Source of the DNA: Longimicrobiales bacterium | GTDB taxonomy: Bacteria > Gemmatimonadota > Gemmatimonadetes > Longimicrobiales > Gaopeijiaceae | Reading direction: 5' to 3' | Assembly: GCA_041690395.1 (NCBI GenBank) | Contig: JAWLHJ010000006.1 | Location: 262,530 to 326,529 of the forward strand | Length of the DNA stretch: 64,000 bases | Shown here: positions 26,385 to 35,276 of the stretch, in pieces | Layout of the letters: the number at the start of each line of letters is the position of its first letter | Position numbering within the stretch: the first letter of the stretch is position 1 | Notes under the pieces: model-generated | The model's database searches: none | What the model was told of the DNA's origin: nothing | Seen by the model: only the letters and a program-made list of their open reading frames with translations | Made by a program: the position numbers and the translations under genes

Positions 26385-26795
26385 TCAGCTTCGAGGCCGA
26401 TGCACGCTCACGCGGAGGGGCGGAGCGATCGTGTAGTGGAAGCGGAGCCGGTTCTCACCCCCCTCCACGACATTGGAGATCTTCTGGCGGGTCTTCGGGT
26501 GGTCGTGCCCCTGCTCGTTCTCGACCACGAGGACATCACCTGCCTGCAGACCGCTCTCGAGCTCACGAAGCTGCCCTTCCAGGCGCTCAAGAAGGAGCTG
26601 TTCGGTCTCGTCCTGAACCCCCCCCTCGGCCTCCGCCACCAGCTCGTGCACCGACTGCTGCTCGTAACGGGATTCCAGCTCGTCGGCCGGGAACGATTCG
26701 ACGCGGTCTCGCCGGAACGAGACCTCGTTGAGGGCCTTGGAGTCGAAGTTCGTCTCCACGCTCTGGTAGGACTCGCCGTACTTCCTGAAGATCAT
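26385..26795 (-). CDS. Hypothetical protein (136 aa, acidic)
   Basis: Protein-like composition and codon bias; follows the helicase on the same strand. Confidence 0.7.
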   Translation of the reverse strand: MIFRKYGESYQSVETNFDSKALNEVSFRRDRVESFPADELESRYEQQSVHELVAEAEGGVQDETEQLLLERLEGQLRELESGLQAGDVLVVENEQGHDHPKTRQKISNVVEGGENRLRFHYTIAPPLRVSVHRPRS

Positions 26796-26826
26796 GGTCG
26801 TCTCGGTGAGAATCGGGTCACTCGGA

Positions 26827-28086
26827 TCAGGATCCCGGGTTCAACAGTGCTTCGAGCTCCTCGGGCGACAGCTCGTCCACGGACTTTGAGCCCATGCCCT
26901 GCGGCGAGCGTGTCTTCCGGCCGCGGCGCGCGGCCGCGCGGGTCTCCGTCTGCGGCGTTCCAGCGTAGTCGAACTCCGGAAGGTGCTGGCGCTCCAGTCT
27001 CCGGCCCAGCCGGTGCTCGAGGCTCTTCATGGCCCCGAGGTCGCCGGCCGTGATGAAGGTGACGGCGGTTCCGGTCCTGCCCGCGCGCCCCGTCCGGCCG
27101 ATGCGGTGGACGTAGTCCTCGGGGTCGAGAGGCACGTCGTAGTTGACCACGTGGCTGATGCCCTCGACGTCGAGGCCCCGCTGGGCCACGTCCGTCGCCA
27201 CCAGGACACGGACCTTGCCGGTGGCGAACCGGTCGAGCGCCCGCGTCCGGTGCTTCATCTGACGGTCGGAATGCATGACGTCGACCTCGATGCCCTCACG
27301 CTCGAGCCGACGCTCGAGAACGTCCGCGCCCGCCTTCGTCCGGGTGAAGATCAGCACCTGATCCCAGTGCGGCTCGGCCATGAGCTTGAGGAGGAGCTCC
27401 GGCTTCTTCTCCGGCTTCACGGAGTAGAAGCGCTCCTCGATGCCCGCCGCCGTCGTGCCGGCCGGCGTGGCCTCGATCCACTCCGCCTCCTGCGTCAGCC
27501 GCAGCGCGAGATCGTGGACACCGTTGGGCATGGTCGCGCTGAAGAGCATCGTCTGACGCTTCCCGCGCATCCCCCGGAAGACCTGCTCGATCTGGGGCCG
27601 GAAGCCCATGTCGAGCATGCGGTCCGCCTCGTCGAGCACCATGTAGTCGAGCTTCGAAAGATCGACGCGTCCGGACTCCATGTGGTCGATGAAGCGCCCC
27701 GGCGTCGCCACGATCACCTCGAAGCCCTGCTCGAGGGCCTGGATCTGCGGACCGTAACCCACGCCCCCGTGGATCACCTCGCTCCGGATGTTCGTGCCCT
27801 TCGAGAGCTCCACGGTGTCGTCCGACACCTGCTGGGCGAGCTCACGCGTCGGGCACAGGACCAGGATCTGGAGCCCGCCGCCGGCCTTGATACGCTCGAG
27901 TCCCGGAATCATGAACGCGGCCGTCTTGCCGGTCCCGGTCTGGGCGATGCCGACGACGTCCTTGCCTTCGAGGCCGGGGGGGATCGCCTTGGCCTGGATG
28001 GGCGTCGGGGTCGTCCACCCCAGCGCCTCCACGGCGGCGAGGCGTTCGGGAGAGAGGCCGAGATCGGCGAATGTGGTCGTTTCCAA
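26827..28086 (-). CDS. DEAD-box RNA helicase (RhlE-like core, no DbpA-type RNA-binding domain)
   Basis: Q motif 'PTPIQ', 'AQTGTGKT', 'PTRELA', 'TPGR', 'DEAD', 'SAT', 'QRGLD', 'HRIGRTGR'; TTG start. Confidence 0.95.
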   Translation of the reverse strand: METTTFADLGLSPERLAAVEALGWTTPTPIQAKAIPPGLEGKDVVGIAQTGTGKTAAFMIPGLERIKAGGGLQILVLCPTRELAQQVSDDTVELSKGTNIRSEVIHGGVGYGPQIQALEQGFEVIVATPGRFIDHMESGRVDLSKLDYMVLDEADRMLDMGFRPQIEQVFRGMRGKRQTMLFSATMPNGVHDLALRLTQEAEWIEATPAGTTAAGIEERFYSVKPEKKPELLLKLMAEPHWDQVLIFTRTKAGADVLERRLEREGIEVDVMHSDRQMKHRTRALDRFATGKVRVLVATDVAQRGLDVEGISHVVNYDVPLDPEDYVHRIGRTGRAGRTGTAVTFITAGDLGAMKSLEHRLGRRLERQHLPEFDYAGTPQTETRAAARRGRKTRSPQGMGSKSVDELSPEELEALLNPGS

Positions 28087-28271
28087 GGGATGTCTTCCTG
28101 CTGTTCACAACACGGGGAGAACCGCGCCCCGAGACGTCACACCCGAGGAGCTACGCGGTGAAAGGTAATGAGCTTCCTTGCCAAGGGTATAGCCGGTTGG
28201 GCAACTTTGCGCGCCCGATCCGTGCCCGACATCGAGTCGGAATCGACGACACGAGAGGACTCCGAGCCCAC

Positions 28272-28769
28272 ATGGATGCCGAGCCCAACCGCCCCAGCCG
28301 TACCTCGATTCTCTTCGTCTGCCTCGGCAACATCTGCCGGTCTCCGCTGGCCGAGGGCGTCTTCCGTGACAGGGTCGCGAAGCGGGGCCTGACGGACCGT
28401 TTCGAGATCGACTCCGCGGGTACCGGGGGATGGCATATCGGTGAGCCCGCGGACGCCCGGGCCGCGATGGTCGCGGAAAGCCACGGCGTCACGCTCGAGA
28501 GCCGGGCTCGTCAGGTGAGCGAGGACGACCTGGCCCGCTACGACTACGTGATCGCGATGGACCGGGACAACCTCGCCGAGCTGCAGCGCATGGCGGCCGG
28601 CATCGAGGACGGAGCCGAGATCCATCTCCTCCGTGAGTTCGATCCGGACGGTGGCGGGGACGAGGTCCCGGATCCGTACTACGGTGGCGCCAGCGGCTTC
28701 GAGGCCGTGTACGACATGGTGAGCCGATCCTGCGACGGGTTGCTCGAGCACGTGCTGGCCCACAGCTAG
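28272..28769 (+). CDS. Low molecular weight protein-tyrosine-phosphatase family
   Basis: P-loop 'VCLGNICRSP', 'DSAGT', 'DPYYG'. Confidence 0.93.
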   Translation: MDAEPNRPSRTSILFVCLGNICRSPLAEGVFRDRVAKRGLTDRFEIDSAGTGGWHIGEPADARAAMVAESHGVTLESRARQVSEDDLARYDYVIAMDRDNLAELQRMAAGIEDGAEIHLLREFDPDGGGDEVPDPYYGGASGFEAVYDMVSRSCDGLLEHVLAHS

Positions 28770-29707
28770 TGTCCCGAGGCACCGGCCTGCCGGACCGGAT
28801 CCGACGGGGCGTGGAGGTGGCGCTCGAGGAGCTCGGCCTCCCGGGTGACGTGGTCGGCGCGAGGCCCGTGGGCGGCGGCTGCATCCACCGAGGCACCCGG
28901 GTCGAGGTGAGTACCGGCGTGTCCTACTTCCTGAAGTGGAGCCAGGACGTTCCCAGGGGGGTGTTCGAGGCGGAGGCCGAAGGGCTTCGGGCGCTCCGCG
29001 AGGCGGGCCCGGTCACGGTCCCGGAGCCTCTCGCCTGGGACGAGGGATCCCCGGCCTGGCTCCTGATGGAGTACGTGGCGCCGGCGGCGGACGACGTTCG
29101 CGGCGCGGCGCTGGGCCGCGGCCTGGCCGCCATCCACTTGTCGGACGTTTCCAGGCCCTCGGCCCACCCGTCCGGACCGGACGCCGCCGGTGGGCCCTTC
29201 GGGTGGTCGCGCGACAACTGGATCGGATCGTTACCCCAGTCGAACCCGGTCACGGCATCGTGGGGCGCGTTCTGGCGTGACGCCCGTCTCTCCCCGCAGC
29301 TCCAGGCGGCCCGCACGCGCGGCCGCCTCCGTGACGAGGTCTTCGACCGGCTCCTCGACGCCGTCCCTGGCGCGCTCGCGACGGTCACCATGCCGTCCCT
29401 GATTCACGGTGACCTGTGGAGCGGCAACGCCTACGCGTCGTCCGCGGGGAGACCCGTGCTCGTCGATCCGGCCGTGTACCTGGGCGACGGGGAGGTGGAC
29501 CTGGCGATGTCCGAGCTCTTCGGCGGGTTCGACCGGGACTTCTACCGCGCCTACGACGCGGAGCGCCCGATCACGCCGGAGTACCATGCATTCAAGCGTG
29601 ACCTGTACCAGCTCTACTACCTGCTGGTGCACGTGAACCTCTTCGGCAGGTCGTACGAGGCGGGAGCGCGAAGGGCCGCCGAAGGAGCGCTGGCCGGACT
29701 CAGCTGA
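28769..29707 (+). CDS. Fructosamine kinase family protein
   Basis: GTG overlaps the upstream TAG; 'GGGCI', 'YFLK', 'FEAEAEGL', 'FGW..DNWIG', 'HGDLWSGN', 'DPAVY.GD.E.DLAM..LFGGF'. Confidence 0.92.
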   Translation: MSRGTGLPDRIRRGVEVALEELGLPGDVVGARPVGGGCIHRGTRVEVSTGVSYFLKWSQDVPRGVFEAEAEGLRALREAGPVTVPEPLAWDEGSPAWLLMEYVAPAADDVRGAALGRGLAAIHLSDVSRPSAHPSGPDAAGGPFGWSRDNWIGSLPQSNPVTASWGAFWRDARLSPQLQAARTRGRLRDEVFDRLLDAVPGALATVTMPSLIHGDLWSGNAYASSAGRPVLVDPAVYLGDGEVDLAMSELFGGFDRDFYRAYDAERPITPEYHAFKRDLYQLYYLLVHVNLFGRSYEAGARRAAEGALAGLS

Positions 29708-29727
29708 GATGTGGCCCGACCGTGGGC

Positions 29728-30930
29728 TCAGGAGCCGGAGCCCACTCCCACCATGCGCGCGATCCGCTCGATCGCGTCGGTCAGCTCGTCGTCGGACGCC
29801 GCGTAGCTCATGCGGGCCCAGGCGTCGTCGCCGAACGCCGCTCCCGGTACCAGGGCCACGCCCGCGTCCTCGATCAGCTTCGAGCACCACTCGGTCGCGC
29901 TCCCGACCGCTCCGCCGGTGAGCGAGTCGACGCGAAAGTAGACGTAGAAGGCGCCCTCGGGCTCGATCACGCGCAGCGACGGAAAGTGCTCCCGCAGGCG
30001 ACCGAGCACGAGGTCGCGACGCCGGCGGAACGCCCGGCCCATCTCGGCCACCGCCCGGTCCGAAGCCTCGCCGTTCCGGTAGGCCTCGAGCGCGGCGTGC
30101 TGCGTCGGCGTCGACGGGTTCGACGTGATCTGGCTCTGCAGCGCCGTGAGCTTCCCTGCCAACTCGGGCTCGCTGAACGAGAACCCGAAGCGCCACCCGG
30201 TCATCGCGTGGCTCTTGGAGAGGCCGTCGACGAGCACGAAGCGGCCCAACTCCGACGGGTCCACGTCGAGCACGCCCGGCGCACGCCCGCCTTCGTCACC
30301 GTAGTAGATGGTTCCGTAGATCTCGTCGCTGACGAGCCACACGTTCCGGTCCTTCGCCCAACGCGTGATCGCGCGAAGCTCCTCGAGCGAGTACACGGCC
30401 CCTGAAGGGTTCGACGGGGAGTTGAGGATCAGGCCCCGGGTCCGGTCGGTCACGGCCGCGTCCAGGTCGGCCGGCGTCACCTTGAAGTCGCGTGCCTCGT
30501 CACCAGCGACGAAGACGGGCTCGGCCCGGGCCAGCGTGACGATGTCCGGATACGTGGTCCAGTACGGGGTCAGAATCAGGACTTCGTCTCCGGGCCCGAA
30601 CAGGGAGAACACGGCGTTGAACAGGGCCTGCTTGGCACCCGTGCCCGTGACGACCCCCTCCCAGGGAAGGGTCCGCCCGGCCCGTTCGGAGAGGTGGGCC
30701 GCGATCGCCTTGCGCAACTCGGGCATCCCGGGGGCCGCGGTGTAGCGGGTGGCGCCTTCGCGAATGGCCGCGACACCGGCGTCGGCAATGAAGCCGGGCG
30801 TCGCGAAATCCGGCTCTCCCGCGCTCAGATTGACGATGTCGCGCCCCTCGGAAGCCAGGCGTTTCGCGAGCGCGCTGACCGCCATGGTCGCCGAAGGCTT
30901 GAGCTTGCCGATATTCTCGCTGAACGTCAT
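29728..30930 (-). CDS. aspC: PLP-dependent aminotransferase class I/II (aspartate aminotransferase-like)
   Basis: 'LSAGEPDF', 'NSPSNPSG', 'SDEIY', 'GLSKSHAMTGWR', 'PEGAFY'. Confidence 0.88.
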   Translation of the reverse strand: MTFSENIGKLKPSATMAVSALAKRLASEGRDIVNLSAGEPDFATPGFIADAGVAAIREGATRYTAAPGMPELRKAIAAHLSERAGRTLPWEGVVTGTGAKQALFNAVFSLFGPGDEVLILTPYWTTYPDIVTLARAEPVFVAGDEARDFKVTPADLDAAVTDRTRGLILNSPSNPSGAVYSLEELRAITRWAKDRNVWLVSDEIYGTIYYGDEGGRAPGVLDVDPSELGRFVLVDGLSKSHAMTGWRFGFSFSEPELAGKLTALQSQITSNPSTPTQHAALEAYRNGEASDRAVAEMGRAFRRRRDLVLGRLREHFPSLRVIEPEGAFYVYFRVDSLTGGAVGSATEWCSKLIEDAGVALVPGAAFGDDAWARMSYAASDDELTDAIERIARMVGVGSGS

Positions 30931-30987
30931 CCGGATCCTCGTCGAGTGCTGGCTGCGGCCGTGGAATATGGCGACCTTTCGCGTCCG

Positions 30988-31587
30988 ATGTCCAACCCGC
31001 CCCCCATCTCGCACCCGGTCCTGTACTTCGATTTCGTGGACCCCGTCTCCTACCTGTTGGAGCTCGAGGTGAAGGCCACGGAGGCGGAGCTCGGCATCCG
31101 GGTGACCCGCTTCGGTGTCGAGATCAACCCTCCGCCCTACCCGCTCGGCGCGCCCGACGACGAGCTTTGGGCGCCCCGTTGGGCCGAGGCCGCCCGCATC
31201 GCAGATGGGCTCGGGCGCGCCCTCCCGCCGCCTCCGCTCGTGCCGTGGAGCCGCAAGGCCCACGAGCTCGTGGAGCACGCCAGCGAGAGGGCGGAGGACC
31301 ACGTCGCCGAGCTGAGGGAAGCCATCTTCCGATCCTACTTCGACGAAGGACGCGACATCGGGCGTGTGGACGTCCTGGTCGGGCTGGCCCATGCCGTCGG
31401 ACTCGACCGCACCGAGACCAAAGCCGTGCTGGACGTGGACCGCTTCGGAGACGCGGTAGCCCGCCGGCGAGACGAAGCCGTGGGCGCCGGCCTGCGGGTG
31501 ATCCCGACGCTCGAGACCGGGGATCGACGGTTGGAGGGCTTCCACAACGGTGCTTCGCTCAGCACCTTTCTCGGTGGGTCCGCCTGA
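30988..31587 (+). CDS. DsbA-like thioredoxin-fold protein (FrnE/HCCA-isomerase-like) lacking CxxC
   Basis: 'LYFDFVDPVSY', 'AIFRSYF.EGRDIG', 'GL..IPTL'. Confidence 0.75.
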   Translation: MSNPPPISHPVLYFDFVDPVSYLLELEVKATEAELGIRVTRFGVEINPPPYPLGAPDDELWAPRWAEAARIADGLGRALPPPPLVPWSRKAHELVEHASERAEDHVAELREAIFRSYFDEGRDIGRVDVLVGLAHAVGLDRTETKAVLDVDRFGDAVARRRDEAVGAGLRVIPTLETGDRRLEGFHNGASLSTFLGGSA

Positions 31588-31625
31588 CCCCGCCCCACCA
31601 AACAGCAACCCGCACCCCGTAGATC

Positions 31626-31928
31626 ATGGCCGGCTACCAGCGCAAGACCGCATCCTCACCCTCCGAGATTTTCGAGCACGCCGAAGCGGTGCTGCCCGAG
31701 ATGGTCGGGGTGACCAAGGTGAAGGAATCCGGACACGGCGCCACGTACAGCGGCGAAGAAGGTACGGTCACGCTGTCGGTCCACCGTCACGGGCCGTACA
31801 CCGACGTCGTCGCGACCACGGACCGTCTTCGTACGTCGCGACTCGATTACGAGGTGCAACGCTTTCTGAATCAGCTCCCCTACGAGCCGGGAGACAAGGG
31901 AGGGCGCGGTTCCGGCGAGCCCAGCTGA
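31626..31928 (+). CDS. Hypothetical protein (100 aa)
   Basis: Protein-like composition and codon bias; fills the gap between co-oriented genes. Confidence 0.7.
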   Translation: MAGYQRKTASSPSEIFEHAEAVLPEMVGVTKVKESGHGATYSGEEGTVTLSVHRHGPYTDVVATTDRLRTSRLDYEVQRFLNQLPYEPGDKGGRGSGEPS

Positions 31929-32012
31929 CACGCTTCGGCGTGGGCTGAGCCCGCGACAATCGAGCACCCAGCGTGCCGAGACCTTTTCGCCCGTTCTTCA
32001 GGGATCAATCAA

Positions 32013-33560
32013 GTGGATTCGTTCGAGGACCTCGGGGTCACCCCCGAGCTCGTGGAGGCACTCTCCGCCGAAGGCATCGAGGTGCCCACCCCCCTCCAGG
32101 AGGCGGCCATCCCGCTTCTTGGAAAGGGAAACAACCTGGTCATGGCCGCAGGCCCCGGCAGCGGCGTCCTGGCGGCATGGGCGGTGCCTTTGCTCGAGCG
32201 GATCGCGACCGACGGCCCGGGGGCACGGATCGTCGTGCTCACCGCCGAACGCGACACCGCGGCCAGGCTTGCCGAATCGCTGGCCCGACTCTCGCGGGAT
32301 ACCGGCCACGTGGTGGCGGCCCTGGGCGTGTCCTGGGCCCTCCCGGAGCGTGCCCACGTGCTGGTCGGCACTCCGGCCGATCTCCTCGCAGCGGTCCACG
32401 CGGACGCGGTCTCGCTCGATGCCGTTGAGGCGTTGGTCCTCGATCAGGCACAGGCGATCGAGAGTCTCGGAGGACTCGATCCGCTCGAGGAGGTGCTGCA
32501 GTTCCTTCCGGCCGGCGCGCAACGGGTCCTCAGCGCGTTGCCCGTGACTCCGGCTGTAGCGGACTTCGTCGAGCGCCACATGAAGCGCACGCTCACGGTG
32601 CCGGGAGCGCACGATGCCCGCGGCACCCCCCAGCGAGGCGCCGTCCGCTACCGGGTCGTGCACGAGCCCGCGGAGGAGGCCCTCGCAGGGGTCGTCTCCG
32701 AGCTCTTCGAGCAAGGGGCTCGGCACGTGCTGGTCTTCTGTCGCAGCGAGGATCGGGCCGCCGACGTCGGGGACCGACTGACCCTCCGGGGGTTCGTCGC
32801 CGGTGCTCCGGGCGAGTCCGACGTGCCCGTCTGGCTTGGGGTCGACCCGTTGGAGGCACGGCAGGCGCTCGACGGGGCCGAGGGTGTGGTCGTCGTGAGC
32901 GCCGACGTGCCGGCCGACCCGGACATGCTGGACCGGCGGCACGGAATCTCGGCGGAAGGTGTCGTCCTCACACTCACGCGCGAGGTCGCGCACCTGAAGG
33001 ACGTGACCCGACGCACGGGATACGGGCTGATCCCGTTCCCGGCCCCGAGCACGCGGGCAGCCTCGGCGTTCGACGACCTTCGCGCGATGCTCGAGGCCGC
33101 CATCGAATCAGAAGACGTCGAGACCTACCTGGTGGCGCTGAGCCCGCTCTTCGAGGAGCACGATCCGGCCGAGATCGCCGCGGCCGCCGTGGCACTCCTG
33201 CGACGGAAGACACCGGCCCAGCCCGCCGCGAGCCCCTCCCGCCCGGGCGCCTCGTCGTCACCCGCGACGACGCCCTCGTGGGCGAAGCTCTTCGTGAGCG
33301 TCGGTAGCCGGGACGGCCTCGTCCCTGGCGACCTCCTCGGCGCGGTGACGGGCGAAGCCGCCGTTCCGGGCGACACGGTCGGGCGTATCGACATCAAGGA
33401 GAGCCACACGCTCCTCGAGGTGCACGACACCGTCGCCCGTGACGTCATCAAGGCGCTCAACGGGATCACCATACGGGGCCGCGCCGTGCGCGTGGACTTC
33501 GACCGCCCACGGCGGGGCACCCCCGCGCCGGGCCGACGGAAGCCGCCGTCGCGCGGCTGA
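32013..33560 (+). CDS. Degenerate DEAD-box-helicase-like protein with C-terminal DbpA-type RNA-binding domain
   Basis: 'FEDLGV', 'PTPLQ..AIP' retained; Walker A 'AGPGSGVL'; DEAD replaced by 'DQAQ'; RBD 'KLFVSVG.RDG..PGDLLGA...GRIDI'. Confidence 0.85.
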   Translation: MDSFEDLGVTPELVEALSAEGIEVPTPLQEAAIPLLGKGNNLVMAAGPGSGVLAAWAVPLLERIATDGPGARIVVLTAERDTAARLAESLARLSRDTGHVVAALGVSWALPERAHVLVGTPADLLAAVHADAVSLDAVEALVLDQAQAIESLGGLDPLEEVLQFLPAGAQRVLSALPVTPAVADFVERHMKRTLTVPGAHDARGTPQRGAVRYRVVHEPAEEALAGVVSELFEQGARHVLVFCRSEDRAADVGDRLTLRGFVAGAPGESDVPVWLGVDPLEARQALDGAEGVVVVSADVPADPDMLDRRHGISAEGVVLTLTREVAHLKDVTRRTGYGLIPFPAPSTRAASAFDDLRAMLEAAIESEDVETYLVALSPLFEEHDPAEIAAAAVALLRRKTPAQPAASPSRPGASSSPATTPSWAKLFVSVGSRDGLVPGDLLGAVTGEAAVPGDTVGRIDIKESHTLLEVHDTVARDVIKALNGITIRGRAVRVDFDRPRRGTPAPGRRKPPSRG

Positions 33561-33606
33561 TCCACGGGGCGCGGGGGGAGTCACCCCGAAGCAGGCGGAT
33601 ACGACG

Positions 33607-33646
33607 AGAGGCCGGATCGCCAATGGCGACCCGGCCTCTTTCGTTT
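33607..33646. terminator. Probable bidirectional terminator between the helicase-like gene and hup
   Basis: AGAGGCCGG-A-TCGCC-AAT-GGCGA-C-CCGGCCTCT followed by TTCGTTT on +. Confidence 0.65.
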
Positions 33647-33709
33647 CAGCGGGCGGTGACGGTGCCGGACTCGGCCTTTACCGTGCCGACCGACCGCCAG
33701 CGCCGATGC

Positions 33710-33994
33710 CTACTGGATGGCGTCCTTCAGCCCCTTACCGGCGCGGAAGCCGGGGGTCTTGGTGGCCGCGATCTTGATCTGCTCACCGGTGCGCGGGTTA
33801 CGACCCATGCGCGCCTTCCGCTTCTTCGCCTCGAACGTGCCGAAGCCCGTGATCTGGATGCGGTTGCCCCGCTTGAGCTGCTTCGCGATCACACCGCTAT
33901 CCGGCGAAAAGAGGGCGTCGATGGCCCGCGAAGCGTCGGCCTTGGTCATGCCGGTACTGCTGGCAAGCTCGTCCACGAGTTCGGACTTGTTCAT
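33710..33994 (-). CDS. hup: HU family DNA-binding protein
   Basis: 'MNKSELV', 'GFGTF', 'RKARMGRNPRTGEQIKI', 'FRAGKGLKDA'. Confidence 0.96.
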   Translation of the reverse strand: MNKSELVDELASSTGMTKADASRAIDALFSPDSGVIAKQLKRGNRIQITGFGTFEAKKRKARMGRNPRTGEQIKIAATKTPGFRAGKGLKDAIQ

Positions 33995-34252
33995 CTGGCA
34001 GCTCCTGTGACTGGAAGTAAAGAAGAGGTCGCGGCCGGAGCCGCCCTACGTCGGACCCTGAAGAGCACGCTCCGGGGAGTGGACGACCACTCGAAAAGCC
34101 GCTTGAATCAAGTGTTTCCGGGCCCGTCAGCCTGAGTACGACGAAGGGTAAGCGCGGCTTCCGAGAGCGTCAAGGGAACCGCTCGCCCCTTCGTCTGTCC
34201 GTTCTACAGGGCAATTAGCGTGCCGCGACGCCGGATTCCGGCGGTGCCGACT

Positions 34253-34450
34253 TCAGGCCGCGGCTTTATTGCGACTCTTCTTGAAGAGCGAATAGACGAA
34301 GAATCCGAGCGCCGCGATCAGAGCGAGCTTCACGGTCAGTGCGACCAGGCCGAACAGGAGCCCGAGCACCGGCAACAGCAGCGCGGCCACGAGCTTGAGG
34401 ATCACGAGGCTGGCTACACCCGCCACGGTCAAGGCGGCAAAGGTCTTCAT
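34253..34450 (-). CDS. Small hypothetical membrane protein (65 aa)
   Basis: SD GGGGAG; long hydrophobic stretch with basic C-terminus. Confidence 0.7.
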   Translation of the reverse strand: MKTFAALTVAGVASLVILKLVAALLLPVLGLLFGLVALTVKLALIAALGFFVYSLFKKSRNKAAA

Positions 34451-34541
34451 GAAAGCTCCCTGGGGACGACGTGAATTTCGTACTTCACGTGTCCCTACGG
34501 CCCTGGGACCGAGCCGGTTTCACCGGAGCGAAGGCTCGGTC

Positions 34542-34757
34542 CTACTTGTACCGGTACGTCACCCGACCCCGGGAGAGGTCGTACGGGGACATCTCGACCT
34601 TCACACGGTCACCTTCGAGGACGCGGATATAATTCTGCCGCATCTTACCCGACAGGTACGCCAGCACTTCGTGGTCGTTCTCGAGCGTGACCCGGAACGT
34701 CGCGTTCGGCAACACCTCGGTGACCGTGCCTTCGATCTCAATCGCGTCTTTCGCCAC
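34542..34757 (-). CDS. infA: Translation initiation factor IF-1
   Basis: GTG start; '[25 protein letters not shown]', '[32 protein letters not shown]'. Confidence 0.97.
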   Translation of the reverse strand: MAKDAIEIEGTVTEVLPNATFRVTLENDHEVLAYLSGKMRQNYIRVLEGDRVKVEMSPYDLSRGRVTYRYK

Positions 34758-34911
34758 CGGTGTCCGTCGCTTGCGTTGGAGTCGTACTGGTCGGACCAAC
34801 TTTATCGTGCACGACCCGCCCGGGCAACGGTAGGGCTCGCGCTGAGTCGGGCGGTCCGCGATCATCGAAGAGTGGTCCCTCGCCTCCGCCTCCCCAGACC
34901 GGGATCGCCAC

Positions 34912-35160
34912 CTGGCCACCCACCGAGACACACCCGCCAGATATTCGGTTGCCGCCCGGAACGAGCTCGAGCGAGCGGTCCGGAAGGGCGCGCGCCCGGA
35001 CTGCCCGGAGTGCCGGACGCCGATGGACCAGCGCCGCGTTCCACCGCGCTCGGACGTCTCATACGTGCGTGATCGCGTCTGGCTCACCTGCCCGAGCTGC
35101 GGCCGTAGCCTCGTGGTCGATCGGGTCGGGCCGTCCCGACCCGACACCGGTCCGGCGTGA
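34912..35160 (+). CDS. Small zinc-ribbon protein (CPEC...CPSC), start uncertain (CTG proposed), not in the ORF track
   Basis: Manual translation ...[44 protein letters not shown]...*; in-frame stop at 34843-45 and no ATG/GTG/TTG before the first CxxC. Confidence 0.6.
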   Translation: MATHRDTPARYSVAARNELERAVRKGARPDCPECRTPMDQRRVPPRSDVSYVRDRVWLTCPSCGRSLVVDRVGPSRPDTGPA

Positions 35161-35276
35161 GGTCGGCTCGCCCGACACGGGCTCGAGCGGGAAGGAGGTG
35201 GCGCGTCGGCTGCCGGTTCCCGAAGTTCCCCCGAGATCGCCGCTTCGATCGTCCTGCAGCCCCAACCCCGGTCGTC

